From Hypanus sabinus (Eukaryota), in contig NC_082730.1 in NCBI RefSeq assembly GCF_030144855.1, forward strand, positions 41,354,001 to 41,418,000: a DNA stretch of 64,000 bases, read 5' to 3'. The stretch's first letter is position 1, and every line of letters begins with the position of its first letter. The position numbers were made by a program, and so were the translations under genes. The notes below the pieces were generated by a model, which worked only from the letters and a program-made list of their open reading frames with translations, had not been told where the DNA came from and made no database searches. Below, in pieces: positions 11,640 to 24,365 of this stretch.

Positions 11640-14400
11640 TGCATGGATGTTGTTGGCAAGACATGGATATAATGCTGGTCTTGAGAAGGTCTTTGCGGCC
11701 ACCTAAAAGCATTCCTATCTTTTTGATGTTGTTTATCCCATGGCACTACTAGATGGGCTGGTCCAGGATTTATCTCTGGTGTTGATGATGGAGCAGAGAC
11801 ATTTTTCTAATGTAGCATCTGGCTGGAAGTAAAGCTTACCTTGTTCTTGATTAGGATTTTGGTGGTGGAGTTGGTATAGCCTATGTATCTACAAATATTT
11901 CTTTTGTAGGTGGTACACACCAAAGCCTCAGTACGCCAGTGGTGCTGTGAGTAAATGTTAATTGTAATGGATATATTGTCAATCAAGTGTGCTGTTTGGC
12001 CTTCTGTTTGAAAGATACTCATTCAGGAAGGAGAGAGTATTCCTTCACACTGCTGAATTATGTTTTGTAGATGGTGCAAAGGTTTGCTTTGTGAGATGTC
12101 ATATGCAATGGGATATCCAGCCATTACCGCTACAACATTTCTGCAGTTAATGCTGACTTCGGGATGTTGTTGGTGTGGATTTTATAATGTGATATTATGA
12201 AATACCTGTTGATTCTTTACAGAGATATTTGTGTTGAGCAAACTGCGATGAGTTACGTAACAGATTATGCCTGAGTGCTTTCTGGATCTTGATGCGTGTA
12301 GGGATTGATGGCTTCGATTGTTGAGGAGCTTTGAATGGAAATGAACTTTATAAAATTAAAAACAATCTTCCCTACTTCTGACCTTATAATGACAGAAAGA
12401 TAATTAGTGAATGTTACCTGCAGGTAGCTGAATGGGACTAGTGCCTTGTAGAACTTCTACACTGATGTCAGACTACACAGAAGATTGATCATCAGCATCC
12501 AGGTCTACCTTTGTGTGCGAGCGTGTTCTCATCCATTGGTGTATTTTCCCCGTAATACCCCATGATTTCAGTTTAATTGGGGCTCCTTGGTGCTACACTG
12601 TAAAGCACTGCCTTATATCATGGAGGCTCTTACCTCACCTTTGCAATTCAGCCAATTGGTATTTAGCTGGGTTAAGCCTATGATGAGGTCTGGAGCCAAC
12701 TGGTCCTGGAGAATTATGACATGAATAAAAAGATTATTGGATAGTAATGAGTCATTCAGTAGCATCGTCAACAACACCTCAATTACTTTAATGATGATTG
12801 GAATTTGACTGATTTGCTAACAATTAGCTTTATTGGATATTTGTGCAATAGGCAATTTTTCATATTGTCAAATATATTCCAGTAGTGAAGCATGTCTTCA
12901 CGTTCTTCTGCATTTAGTGAGTAGGCTTCTTTCTCTCCACCTGCTTACTAATGTGTCTGGTGTAGAATCCGAAATTTAAAAAAAGTGGAACAAGCCCACT
13001 CTTGTGCCATTTCTCAATGTCTCTCAGAAACAAGTATGTTCCAGATTCACTCTCAGTATCTGCTCCAGCGATGATACATCACCACTTTCTGAAGTGAAGA
13101 GTGGTTTTAACTGCCTCAGGTCTATAATAACATCCAACCCTCCAGGTGATTGACAGCTGGCTCACACTATTGATGACTATGCAAGTGCTCAATCTTGTAT
13201 TGCAATTCCTGCTGCCTTTTTAAGTACATAAAGATCTTTGTCCCCGTGAAGTTCATGTTAGCTGAAAGGGAGGTCTTTAGGTTAATCTATCTTCCCAGCT
13301 CCTGACCCTTCACCTTGAGCTCATTCATACACGTTTTAAATGTGATGAAGTCTTCTGCAAACCTCTCCCACCCCCAACTACATTTCACCATTCCCAAGAC
13401 TCTCAAGGAGTAACCATCCAGATCCCTGCTCTCTTCGAGTGAAAAATGGTTTCCTCAATTCCTCTTAAATACTTGTGCCAAGTACCTTAAGCCCATTTGT
13501 AGCTATTGATCTCCCTGGTAAGGTAAAAAAAAAAGTGACTCCTTTTCATCCTGAATGGCTTCTTATTATTTTATATATGACTATCACTGTAAAGTACTTG
13601 TATATCCCCTCCTCGATCTCTTTTATTGAATAGAAAGCAATCTCAGCCCCACCAGTATCTCCTCACATGAAATTCATCATTTCCTGCACCCTCTATGTAA
13701 ATCCTTTCTGATGTCTCTAGAGGCTTTCACATCTTTCCTGTAAGGCAGTGAGCATCACTCTCAGACTGTGGCCTAACTAATGTCTGTTAGCCCATGTAAC
13801 TTCTCATTAATAACTCCAAGCTGAGTCTTCTTGTTTAAACTGTGGCTTTTTAAATGATAAATTATGCTTCCAGTAATGATTGCTTCCAGTAACTCTCCCT
13901 GCAAATGTTAGGTTGACTGGCCTGCAATTTCTCAGTCTATCCTTTTCTCTTCTCTATGATACTCAATTAGTAGACTTCTGACGCTCCTGTACCAGGCCTG
14001 TAAACAACAGGGATGGGAATATTGTTCATTGTCTGTTTATACAGCCTGGAATACATTTAATCAAAGACAATTCACTTACCCAATTTAAAGATGCTATAGT
14101 CCTGAATAATTATTTGATCATAGCCAAGATTTCATCATCTTCCTCCTTAAGAATGTATTGTTCTCATTCTTTGCAAAAGCAGGTACAAAGCATTACTTTG
14201 GACTATCTCCACATCTCCCTACACAAAAGATTGTTTTTTGATTTCTAATGGAATTTTCCCATTGTTAACTTCTTTCTTTCTAACATTTTGCATTGTTTGT
14301 AAGCCAATATCTTTTTCACATGTCTGCTTTACCTTCCTAATTTAATTTCAAATTTCATGCTTGTACTTTCTATATTCCCCTAAGCTTTCTCCTGTATTGA
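11640..14400 (-). mobile_element. Highly degraded ancient LINE relics (CR1/L2 group)
   Basis: Patchy resemblance to antisense LINE sequence (e.g. 12620-12720, 13380-13800, 13890-13950); no ORF remains; boundaries uncertain. Confidence 0.45.
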
Positions 14401-14844
14401 CAACATTTTTTGCAAGCTTCCCATTATTGATTTACTCTGTGAATACTGCAGCATTCAGATTGGTTTATGGGCTTAATCAATTTTCTTATTGGCAAACTGA
14501 CATGACATGTTGCATTCCTCTATCCTTACCCAACAGTCAAAATAAAATATTATAATCACAGTCCTTACTCACAATGTAATGTTGAAGAAATAATTGCTTT
14601 TCATATTGCAATTTAAAAAATTCCTTGTATAATTTCCCAACCTGAGTTTGCCGGATAGTATGTGTTGTGTATTAGATATATCAGTAACTTTTGAGTAATA
14701 TTCTAAATTTATGTTTGATTAATTATTATTTATTGTTTAAATTATGCATTGCAGTTATCTGTAAAATTATGTAAATGATACACATTATCCTCCCATCACT
14801 TGATACGTGTGTATCTTTTTAGACTTGCATTTTGGACTCCCCAC

Positions 14845-15378
14845 CTTTTCTGTTCCACTTCCCTTTCCCATTCTGATATGTCCATCCATGGCCTCCTCCA
14901 CTGTCGGGATAAGGCCATACTTAGTTTGGAGGAACAAAACCTTATATTCCATTTGGGCAGCCTCCAACCTGATGGCAAGAACATCGATTTCTCAAACATC
15001 CAGTAATGCCTCCACTCCACCCCCTATTCACCATTTCCCAAATCCTTATCTCCTTGCCCACCCTTCACTTCCCTCTGGTGTTCCTTCCCCCCCCCCTTCT
15101 TTCTTCCATGGCCTTCTGTCTCTTTCACCAATCAACTTTCTAGCTCTTTGCTTCATCCCTCCTCCTCCAAGTTTCACCTATTGCTTGGCGTTTCTCTCTC
15201 CCCTCTGCCCACCTTCCAAATGTCCTTCTCAGCTAATTTTCTCCAGTCCTGCCGAAAGGTTTTAGCCTAAAACATCGACTGTACTTTTTTCCATAGATGC
15301 TGCCTGGTCTGCTGAGTTCCTCCAGCATTTGGTATGTGTGCATGGATTTCTAGCATCTGCTGATTTTCTCTTGTTTGT
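14845..15378 (+). mobile_element. Penelope-like element 3' fragment nested in the Gypsy element
   Basis: HSDMSIHGLLHC...LEEQNLIFHLGSLQPDGKNIDFS (GIY-YIG C-terminus), pyrimidine-rich UTR, decayed hammerhead at 15244-15281. Confidence 0.9.
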
Positions 15379-15646
15379 GTTACTACTGTGACAGGGTCTC
15401 ACATATATTCGATCAACTTAGGCTGAATGGCAAAACTTGCAGAAAATGCAATAGAGTAGGATGCATAGAAAAATTATAAGATTATGTTGGACAGACAAAA
15501 GTAAATAGACTGCATAAGGAAGAGAAAAAGGTAAAAAAAAAAGTCAAGTTGCAGTTTCTAAAAGAGCACTAGTCTGCATGCTATAGATGACAAATCTGAT
15601 AATGACAGGATTGATGCCGGACTGAGGGGACCTTGAGGTTTACAAT

Positions 15647-16000
15647 ATGAAATCTAACAACAGAAAAGCCACATGGCTAACACCAGAAGTGAACAGCAAA
15701 TTAATTAAAATGAAATTGGACACTGGCATGGCTGTTTCAATTATTCCACAAAATGACCTGGAACGGCATTTCAATGAAACTAAACTGAAGCCTGCAGATA
15801 TCCAGCTAAGAAATTATACTGGAGACAAGATATCTCTGGTGGGAATGACATTTGTAACAGTGAAATCCAACAAGCAACAAGCCACATGGGGCTTGTATGT
15901 GGTAAATACAGGAGGGCCAGCGTTGTGGGGATGCAAGTGGCTCAGACAATTGCAACTTGATGGAGATTCATCCACCATTTGTATGGCACATCTGCAATAG
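15647..16000 (+). pseudogene. Gypsy retropepsin (aspartic protease) fragment
   Basis: IKMKLDTGMAVSII, LRNYTGDKI and GPALWGCKWL correspond to the DTG and LLGRDWL motifs. Confidence 0.88.
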
Positions 16001-17293
16001 TCACAACAGGGAATTAAAGAAGTTCCTGGATGATGCCACAACTGCATCCATGCTGTACACCATTGCCAAACAGAGGGCAAAAAACTGTTAATGCCAACCT
16101 CTGTGTCTCTGGTTGGAAAGCATATTCAACCTGCTACGCAGAGGAATCATGAAAGTGATGAAAGCAGTGGTCCGACTACATCAGTAGTAACTAAGCAGAA
16201 GGGAGTGTTATGCATTTACTATGTCAGTAATATTTGAGTAATATTGTAAATATATTGTTTAACTATTCTTTGGTGTTTATATAATTCATTATGGTTAACT
16301 GTAAAAGTACGTAAATGGTAGACGACATGATGGCACCATATCATACGTGAGCACCTCACCTTTTTTGACTTGCTGTCTTTTCCTTCAATTTAGTTTTTAT
16401 GTTTTGGAGTTATAAATCATAACAGTGTGTCATTGAACCTTAGGGGAAATCCTGCTCAGTTTTTAAGCTTTAGAGTGTTATTGAGTGTTTTCCCCCCAAT
16501 TCACAGGTTTTGTGCAGTTGCTTGTTTGATAAATGGTTCTTTTACCTTGTATTCTCCAGTGTTAATGTACCATTTATCAAAAATCTTCTAAAATAATGAA
16601 GGATAACACATAGAATAAATGAAAAATGAAAAAAACTATTTTTTCAATCTCACTCAATAAAATATTAATACCATGATTTCTAATGCTTCTGAGTTAAAAA
16701 TGGAAATCGTGACGAAATGTCAATGAATGGTATAATCTACTGTTTGAAAGAACTGAAGAAAATGTTCTAAATTATTACCTAATGAAAAATTTGAGTAGTC
16801 TTTAACATGCAATTAATTGAAATTAATTTAACATCTAAGGGAAAAAAAGGCCATTTGAAGCATGGGAGCAAGTGGTGAAAGCTTAGTTGAAAAATAAATT
16901 TTACTAAACATATTTATTTTACAGAGGTGGAGATAAATTGTTGGTAGGTAAGGTTTTAGCATTATGTTGCAAGGTAGGGTAGGTTTTAGTTTAATGTTGG
17001 AAGGAAAAGAAAAAATGATCCTCAGTGATAAAGGGGCATGAATATTACCTTGGGGTTGGGTTTGGAAATCAAACCTGTTAAGTAGGAGGGGAAAGTTAAA
17101 ACAGCTGTGAAGACCTTACACTGAGAACGTGCCACCAAGAATAACTTGAAAAGCACTGAGAACTGTTTGAAAATACTTGCAGCACTATCGAAACATGTAA
17201 GGATTCTTTCCTGTCTGAGAGGAGTCGCAAGTGGAGTTGGTCGAGCTATATGTGTAGATATTGCCTGTGGTGGAGCTTTGGGCAGCCTTCTGA

Positions 17294-17309
17294 GGCTCCC
17301 TCTGGTGGT
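17294..17309 (-). promoter_or_regulatory. Candidate CTCF site
   Basis: Minus strand ACCACCAGAGGGAGCC matches the CTCF core CCASYAGRKGGCRS with one mismatch; motif match only. Confidence 0.4.
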
Positions 17310-17508
17310 TGTGCTGGCAGGAATATCAGAGCATGTTATTCACAAAGGCAAGCTATTGTGCGAGGGGAAGCCATTATGTTGAAATACCACATTAAAAATA
17401 ATTGAAAGTTTTTATTCAGTATTAAAATGGAGCAATACAGTAATTGTAATGTACTTCTGTTGTCTGTTTGAACAAAATTAGAGGAGAGAGCACAGTTGAA
17501 CCCGCGAG

Positions 17509-17940
17509 AAGTTTTTCTGTCGACACCTCTCCAGGTGCACTCTCCACTTCCCTTTGGACAAGGTCTCCAACTTCATGGTTATCAGTCTTGAAAAAGGGTC
17601 TTGGCCCAAAACATTGACTGTTTATTCATTTCCATTGATGCTGGGTGACCTGCTGAGTTCCTTCAGCATTTTGAGTGTGTTGCTATGGATTTCCAGCATC
17701 TGCAGAATCTTGTGTTTTCACGGTCATCTGCTGCCTACAGTGGAGCCTGTCAGTCTGAGGTGAGCCATGCCTGAGAGCATCCTACCGGAGGCAAAGTGGG
17801 AAGAGCCTCAGAAGGAAGAAGAGAATGAGAGGGAGGAGGAAATGCAGCAGGGAATGCATGTGCAGAAGTTGCTCTTGTGGAAGATGGGGATGAAGGCAGC
17901 ATAGAAGGCTCTATCTGGATGAGACATTTTAGTAGCACTT
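17509..17940 (+). mobile_element. PIF/Harbinger transposase C-terminal relic, interrupted
   Basis: Rejoined across the insertion it reads KFFCRHLSRCTLHFPLDKVSNFMVICC, colinear with HARBI1-type RFRCLDxSGGALQYSPEKVSxIIVACC, followed by a purine-rich acidic stretch. Confidence 0.5.
17583..17716 (+). mobile_element. Short Penelope-derived hammerhead unit with ~12-bp TSD
   Basis: CAGTC-TTGAAAA-AGGGTCTTGGCCC-AAAAC-ATT-GACTG; flanks TTCATGGTTATC / TTCACGGTCATC. Confidence 0.8.
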
Positions 17941-19134
17941 AGATTTCTGTGCATGTATTGCACTGCATTTCCCTCCTCAGTGCTGTCTGTCAGTTTCAGT
18001 TTAACTTGTGCAAGTGCTACAACAGCCACTCCCAAGCCTTTAGCAGTGCCTCAGAAACTTGACACAGTTTTTCTATTCTTTCTTTTCCTGCTGACACCCC
18101 CACTCAAAAACAGGGAATAGAAAGATACGTGAACAAAGTTCACCTTGCCTCTTGGGGCCTCTGTTTGTGGATGTAAATCACTTTGTCAGATGTCCAGTGA
18201 ACAACTCCCACCACCGCTCCCCCCCATAAAAAAGTTACCAAGATAAGCTTCTTTGCCTCATAATTAACCCTTGCCTCAACAGTTCCCTGTGCAATTACTC
18301 AGCCTAATTCATGAGGCTAGGCTCACCTCGAGCTCAGTGCTTTGAAATTGGTCCACAGGCATGATCAATCCTTTCACTGCAAACAGCTTCTTCCATTAAG
18401 CAACTGCGTATTTCAATCAACTGTGATTTTTAAAAAGAGGAGTGTGGCTAAGATCAATTTAAACAGTAAAGTGGTAGCCAGTAAGTTGCATAGTAACCTT
18501 ACTGTCAATTCTGTTGGAATTAATGGCAGACTGAAGCATGGTGGGCAAATGCGGATCCCCTCGAACTTAAGTTGCATACCGTGATTACTTGCAGGGGATC
18601 AGTTAATTCTAGGACTAAGTTCATAAGTCTCAGTTAAATACCAATTTTCCTTTTCAGTCACAATAGTAATGTATTGCACCTGTGAGACTGCTACAAGACA
18701 AGCAAAGGAAATGAAAACAGTGCTTTATGTTCCTCAAGACTGCACTCAGTACTGATCTGTTGATAGGTCTGTTCACGTGGAGGTGCAACTTTCACTGACA
18801 TTTCATTTCCTGACCATTATATTTTTACAATAGAAAATGATACTGTAATTGGGATGTCAGATGCTGTGACATGGATTTTCTCTCTCTGTGGATAAATGGT
18901 AATGGCAATCTTCAGATATCTCTTATTTATGTAGTAATGAGGACTGAAGCAAGATTAGCATGGCTACAGTGAATTATCAATGTGCGAACAATGCATGACC
19001 ATACTTTACTAAGTCTCATTTTGCATCGCAGACCGATCGAAGGTCAGGGTCAGTGTATGTAAACTTGTATCACCATTCACATCATTAATATTCTTCATTT
19101 GCTGACAATATCCTTTATTTTATGACATTGCACC

Positions 19135-20490
19135 TATTAGTGAGACTTGGGCAGGACTGGCAGCTCAGTGTTCCAGGGTTTCATTGTTTTAGACATGATA
19201 GAGATGAGATTAAAGGGGAACGGGGTGGTGTTACAAGTCAGGGAAAATGTCACAGCAATGCTCAGTCAGGACAACCTACAGAGCATGTCTTCTGAGGCAA
19301 TAAAAACAGATGACCACATTAACAGGATTATATTATAGACCACCCAATAGTCAATGGGATTTTGAGGAGCATATTTGTAGAGAGATTGCAGACAGTTGCA
19401 AGAAACATAAGACTGTGATAGTAGGTAATTTTAGCTTTCCCAATATTGACTGGGACTCCCATACTGTAAGAGATCTGGATGGGATATCGTTTGTCAAATG
19501 TGTTCAGTAACGTTCCCTTAATCAATATGTAGAGGTCCCAACGAGAGAGAGTGTGAAACTGGATCTTCTATCAGGGATATCAGGAAGATAGGGCAGATTG
19601 CAGAATTGTGTGCAGGGGAAATCTTTGGATCTAGTGATCATATGGCCATTAGTTTCAAGATAATTATGGAGAAGGATAGGTCTGGTCCTCAGGTTGAGGT
19701 TCTAAATTGGAGAAAGGCCAATTTTGATGGTATAAGAAAGGATTTGGCAAATGTGGATTGGGACAAGTTCTTTTCGGTAAAGGTCTGCTTGGTAAGTTGG
19801 AGGCCTTCAAAACAAATTATGAGAGTACAAAGTTTTGTATGTTCCTGTCAGAATAAAAAGCAAGGCTAACAAGTTTAAGGAACCTTGGTTTTTGAGAGAT
19901 ATAGAGGCTCTGGTTAAGAAGGAGGTGCATAGTTGGTCTCTGCAGCAAGGAAAAAAAGAGGTAAATGAGATAATGCTTAAGAAGGAAATCATGAGAGCAT
20001 AAAGAAGGGATGAGGCTGCTCTAGCAAACAAGATGAAGGAGAATCCTAAGAGCCTCTATGGATATACTAGCAGGAAAACATTTGCAAGGTACAAAGTTGG
20101 TCCTTTTGAAGATCAGAGTGGTCATCTTTGCATGAAGCCAAAGGAGATGAGGGAAATCTTAAATGGATTTTTTTTGCATCTTTATTTACTCAGGAGATAA
20201 GACACAGAATCTATAGAATGAGGCAGAACTACAAAGAGGTCATGGACTGTATATTAATTATGGAGGAGGAGATATTGCACTCTTGAGGCCAATTAGGGCA
20301 AATAACTCCTCAGGGCATGATAAGGTGTTCCCTCAGACCTGTGGGAGGTTAGTGCAGAGATTTCAGGAGCTCTAGCAGAGGTATTTAAAATGTCCTTAAC
20401 TATGGTTGAGGTGCAAAATGATTGAATTAGCTATCACTAATGTTGTTCCAGAATTTAAGAAAGGCTCTAAGAATAGGTCGGGAAATAATA
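19135..20490 (+). mobile_element. Degraded CR1 (endonuclease to RT start)
   Basis: GLYYRPPNSQ, IVGNFSFPNIDW, FGSSDHMAISF, LNWRKANFDGIR. Confidence 0.9.
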
Positions 20491-20494
20491 TAGT

Positions 20495-22835
20495 ACAAAA
20501 AAAAATATAGATTACCTACAGCACATTACAGCCCATTCGGCCCACAATGTTGTGCCAACCATGGAACTTACTCTAGAAGTTGTCTAGAATTTCCCTATTG
20601 CATAGTCCTCTATTTTTCTAAGCTCCATGTATCTATCTAAGAGTCTCTTAAAATACCATTTTGTATCTGCCTCTACCACCTTTGCTGGCAGCCCATTCCA
20701 TGCACCCACCACTCTCTGTGTGAAAAACCTACCTCTGACATCCCCCTTGTACTTACTTCCAAGCACCTTAAAACTATGCCTCTTGGGAAAAAGCCTCTGG
20801 CTATCCACAGGATCAATGTCTCTCATCATTTTATACACCTTCATCAGGATAACTCTCATCCTCCGTCACCCCAAGGAGAAATGGCCAAGTTCACGCAACC
20901 TATTCTCATGCTTGCTCTCCAATCCAGGCAACATTCTTGTAAATCTCCTCTGCGCTCTCTCTATAGGATCCATATCTTTCCTGTACCAGAACTGTACACA
21001 GTACTCCAAGTGGGGTCTAACTAAGGTTTTATATAGCTGTAACATTACCTCATGGCTCTTGAACTCAATACCACAGTCGATAAAGGCCAACACACCATAC
21101 GCCTTCTTAACAACTCTGTCAACCTGCGCAGCAGCTGTGAGTGTCCTGTGGACCTGGACCCCAAGATCTCACTGATCATCCTCACTGCCAAGAGTCTTAT
21201 CATTAATATTATATTTTGTCTTCAAATTTGACCTATTGAAATGAACCACTTCCACTTATCTGGTTTGATCTCAATTGCCACTTCTCAGCCCAGACCTGCC
21301 TCCTATCGATGTTCTGCTGTATCCTCTGACAACCCTCCAGACTACCCATAACACCCCCAACTTTTGTGCCACCAGCAAACTTACTAACCCACCCTTTTAT
21401 TCCCTCATCCAGGTCATTTGTAAAAAATCACAAGGAGGAGGGGTCCCAGAACAGATCACTGCAGAACACCACTGGTCATTGAATTCCATGAAGAATACGA
21501 ACCACCCACAACCACCCTTTGCCTTTTGCGGTCAAGCCAATTCTAGATCCACAAAGCAAGGTCTCCCTGGATCTCATGTCTCATTACTTTCTGAATGAGC
21601 CTCGCATAGTGAACCTTATCAAATGCCTTACTGAAATTCATATACATTACATCCACTGCTCTACCTTCATCAATGTGCTTTGTTACTTTCTCAAAGAATT
21701 CAGTCAGTTTTGTAAGGCAGGACCTGCCCTTGACAACCCATGCTGACTGTATCCCTAATCAGATTATGTCTCTCCAAATGCTCATAAATCCTGCCTCTCA
21801 GGATCTTCCCCAACAACTTGCCCACCACTGAACATTTGCAACCTTCCAATCCTCTGGTACTTCTCCTGTCTCTATTGATGATGCAAAGATCATAGCCAGA
21901 GGTTCAGCAATTATCTCTCTTGTTTCCCACAGTAGCCCCGGGTCTATCTCATCCGTTCCCAGCAACTTATCTAACTTAGTATCTTTCAAAAGCTCCAGCA
22001 CATCCTCTTTCTTAATGTCTATACATTAAATTGTTTTAGTCTGCTGTAAGTCATTCCCACAATTGCCAAGGTCCTTTACACAGATGAATACTGAAGAATA
22101 GTATTCATTAAGTACCTCTGCTACCTCCTCCGATTACATGCACATTTCCACTCTTACTCCTGATTGGTCCTAAATGGATATTGAACCCATGAACACTAAC
22201 TCACTTTTTTAATATATTATTTCTGTTATTGCCCAATTTAAAATCTATTCAATATACTTATACTATAATTGATTTACTTGTTTAATATTATTATTATTAT
22301 TTTATTATTCTTTTTCTTCTTCTTCTATGTTATGTACTGCATTGAATTGCTGCTGTTAAGTTAACAATTGTTAATACACCTGATTCTGGTCCTATTCTCA
22401 CATGACTCATCCTCTTGCTCTTCACATACTTGTAGAATGCCTTGGGCTTCTCTTTAATCCTGTCCACCAAGGCCTTCTCGTGGCATCTTCTAGCTCTCCT
22501 AATTTTATTCTTGGAATCCTTCTTGGCACCCTTGTAATTTTCTAGGGCTCTAACAGTATCTAGTTTCTTGAACCTTTTGTAAGATTTCTTTTCTTCTTAA
22601 CTAGATTTTCTACATCCTTTGTACACCATGGTACTTTTACTCTACAATCCGTTCCCTGCCTCAGTTGAACATACCTATGCAGAATGCCATGCAAATGTTC
22701 CCTGAATATTTGCCACATTTCTGCCATGCATTTCCCTGAGAGCATCTGCTCCCAATTTATGTTCCCAAATTCCTGGCTAATAGCATCATATTTCCCCCTA
22801 CCCTAATTAAATGTTTTCCCAAATTTTCTGCTTCT
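20495..22835 (-). mobile_element. CR1 LINE in antisense, same subfamily as 60-2145
   Basis: Minus ORFs LYKTLVRPHLEYCVQFW, RFFTQRVVGAWNGLP, ETGEVPEDWKVANV, GKCMAEMWQIFREHL; 3' tail near 20500-20560. Confidence 0.92.
22168..22388 (+). mobile_element. Rex1-type 3' UTR fragment inserted in CR1
   Basis: CCTAAATGGATATTGAACCCATG...TGCATTGAATTGCTGCTG...CCTGATTCTG matches 30390-30632; TGGTCCTA occurs at both junctions. Confidence 0.8.
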
Positions 22836-22839
22836 GTCC

Positions 22840-23155
22840 TAGGCTTTTTCCATTGAGGTTGGGTGAGACAAGAACTAGAGGTCATAGGTTAAGAGTGAAA
22901 GGGGAAATACCTAAGGGCAACCTGAGGAGGAACTTCTTCACTCAGAAGGTGGGTGTGGAGCAAGCTGCCAGCAGAAGTGATGGATACAGGTTTGATTTCA
23001 ACATTTAAGAGAATTTTGGATAGGTACACGTGAATGAGAGGGGTATTGGAGAGCAATGGGCCAGGTACATGTCAATGGGACTAGGCAGATAGTTCAGGCA
23101 GATAGACCTGTTGAGCCGAAGGGCCTGTTTCTGTGCTGTAGGGTTCTATGACTCT
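22840..23155 (+). mobile_element. CR1 3' end
   Basis: RLFPLRLGETRTRGHRLRVKG...RNFFTQ; tail GCCGAAGGGCCTGTTTCTGTGCTGTAGGGTTCTATGACTCT. Confidence 0.88.
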
Positions 23156-24022
23156 AATACAAGATTGTATCTTTTCCTCTCACCATTGAACACCATCAAA
23201 ACCATGACACCATCTTACCCTTTTATTATGGTCAATCCCAATATCTCAGCAACTGCATCTTGATGAATTGCTATTCCAATACCCACAGCAAGGATTGATT
23301 CTGGTTTGCAATAAGCAACTGCAAAATATCTATTAATTATTGCGTATGGCCACTCATTGTTTCATACCATTTTGTTTCTCATGGGTTCTTGAGCTAAAAT
23401 GGAAGCGCATTATTCAACATTAAAAATGAAAGTAAGTCTCATTTTAATATTAAAGCCTCTTCACTTATGACTAACTGATGAAATTGAGAATGTCAAATTG
23501 CATGTAAGTCTTAAACTCGAGGGCTTCATAATTGTTTTCAATGTGGGCTTCACTTTCTGACAGTGCTGCCCATTGGCTCTTTCCATGGTGTCTGGAGGGC
23601 TGCCCTTTTCCCATAACCAGAAGTGAAGAAGTCAGTGCTGGATGTCTTAAGCCAAGTCAGCTTCGAAAAGTTACATTGCACTGGGAGTAGTTACAGTCTG
23701 GAAAGGCTGAGAGTGGGGCTGGTCCCTGAGAGCCCATGGTGGGACGTGAACATCTTGTATTCTGAGAAAGGACAAGACTTCCCGGCTCTGCAGTACCATT
23801 GGAACTCTCATTGCTCTGGGCAGGAAAGAAAACATGCAGGTTTGCTTAGACAAAGGTAATTTTCATGGCACGAAGGCCTCCGAACCTTTCCAGCAACTGC
23901 AGTGGTCGAGCCGTTGCTGCTTGCTGGCTGCACTGTGGCCTGTGAGATTTCACCATGTTCCTACACAAAAAAAGAGACGCCCCATTCACAAGGTTGACCT
24001 CCTGTTAGCTCATCATGGACTG

Positions 24023-24038
24023 TGTTTCCATGGAAACA
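24023..24038. promoter_or_regulatory. Perfect palindromic RFX X-box-type motif
   Basis: TGTTTCCATGGAAACA, a 16-bp perfect palindrome containing GTTTCCATGGAAAC. Confidence 0.4.
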
Positions 24039-24365
24039 GGGCCCTGCTCCACCAGCTGCTGTGTTGCTTAAGTGTTTAGTATTTCCAGAGTTCTTCCCAC
24101 GTTCTGTTTGATGTGAGTGGAGGTGTCCTTTATGTCACCTCATGATGTCAGCCTATCAGGTATGACAACGTACCTAACATGATATTGTGCATCCCCACTA
24201 CCAATCCAACACAAACGGTTGGCTGTGTGGCTCAGCTACTCCACCCAACTCCCACCAGTCAGCCTGTGAACCCAAGAGGACCCCATTCCTATGTGGAAAA
24301 ATGGGTTGCAACAGCTTGCATCCTTGCCTTGTCAGACAAAATAGGAAAGTTAGTGAGGCCGTCAC

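Larger units (their letters stand above)
14663..16424 (+). mobile_element. Deleted Gypsy (Mag-like) LTR retrotransposon
   Basis: 5' LTR starts TGTTG at 14663 and aligns with 3' LTR 16206-16424 (TGTTA...TAACA); purine tract AAGCAGAAGGGAG before the 3' LTR; flanks GTATG/GTGTG; twin Zn-knuckle relic CYYCDRVSH...CRKCNRVG from 15378; protease LDTG. Confidence 0.85.

Noticed and set aside
20627-21175. 182-aa plus-strand ORF (and similar ones at 1638-1919, 35108-35326, 14807-15265, 38082-38474)
   Set aside because: These are antisense or off-frame readings of CR1 and Penelope sequence, or low-complexity UTR translations.
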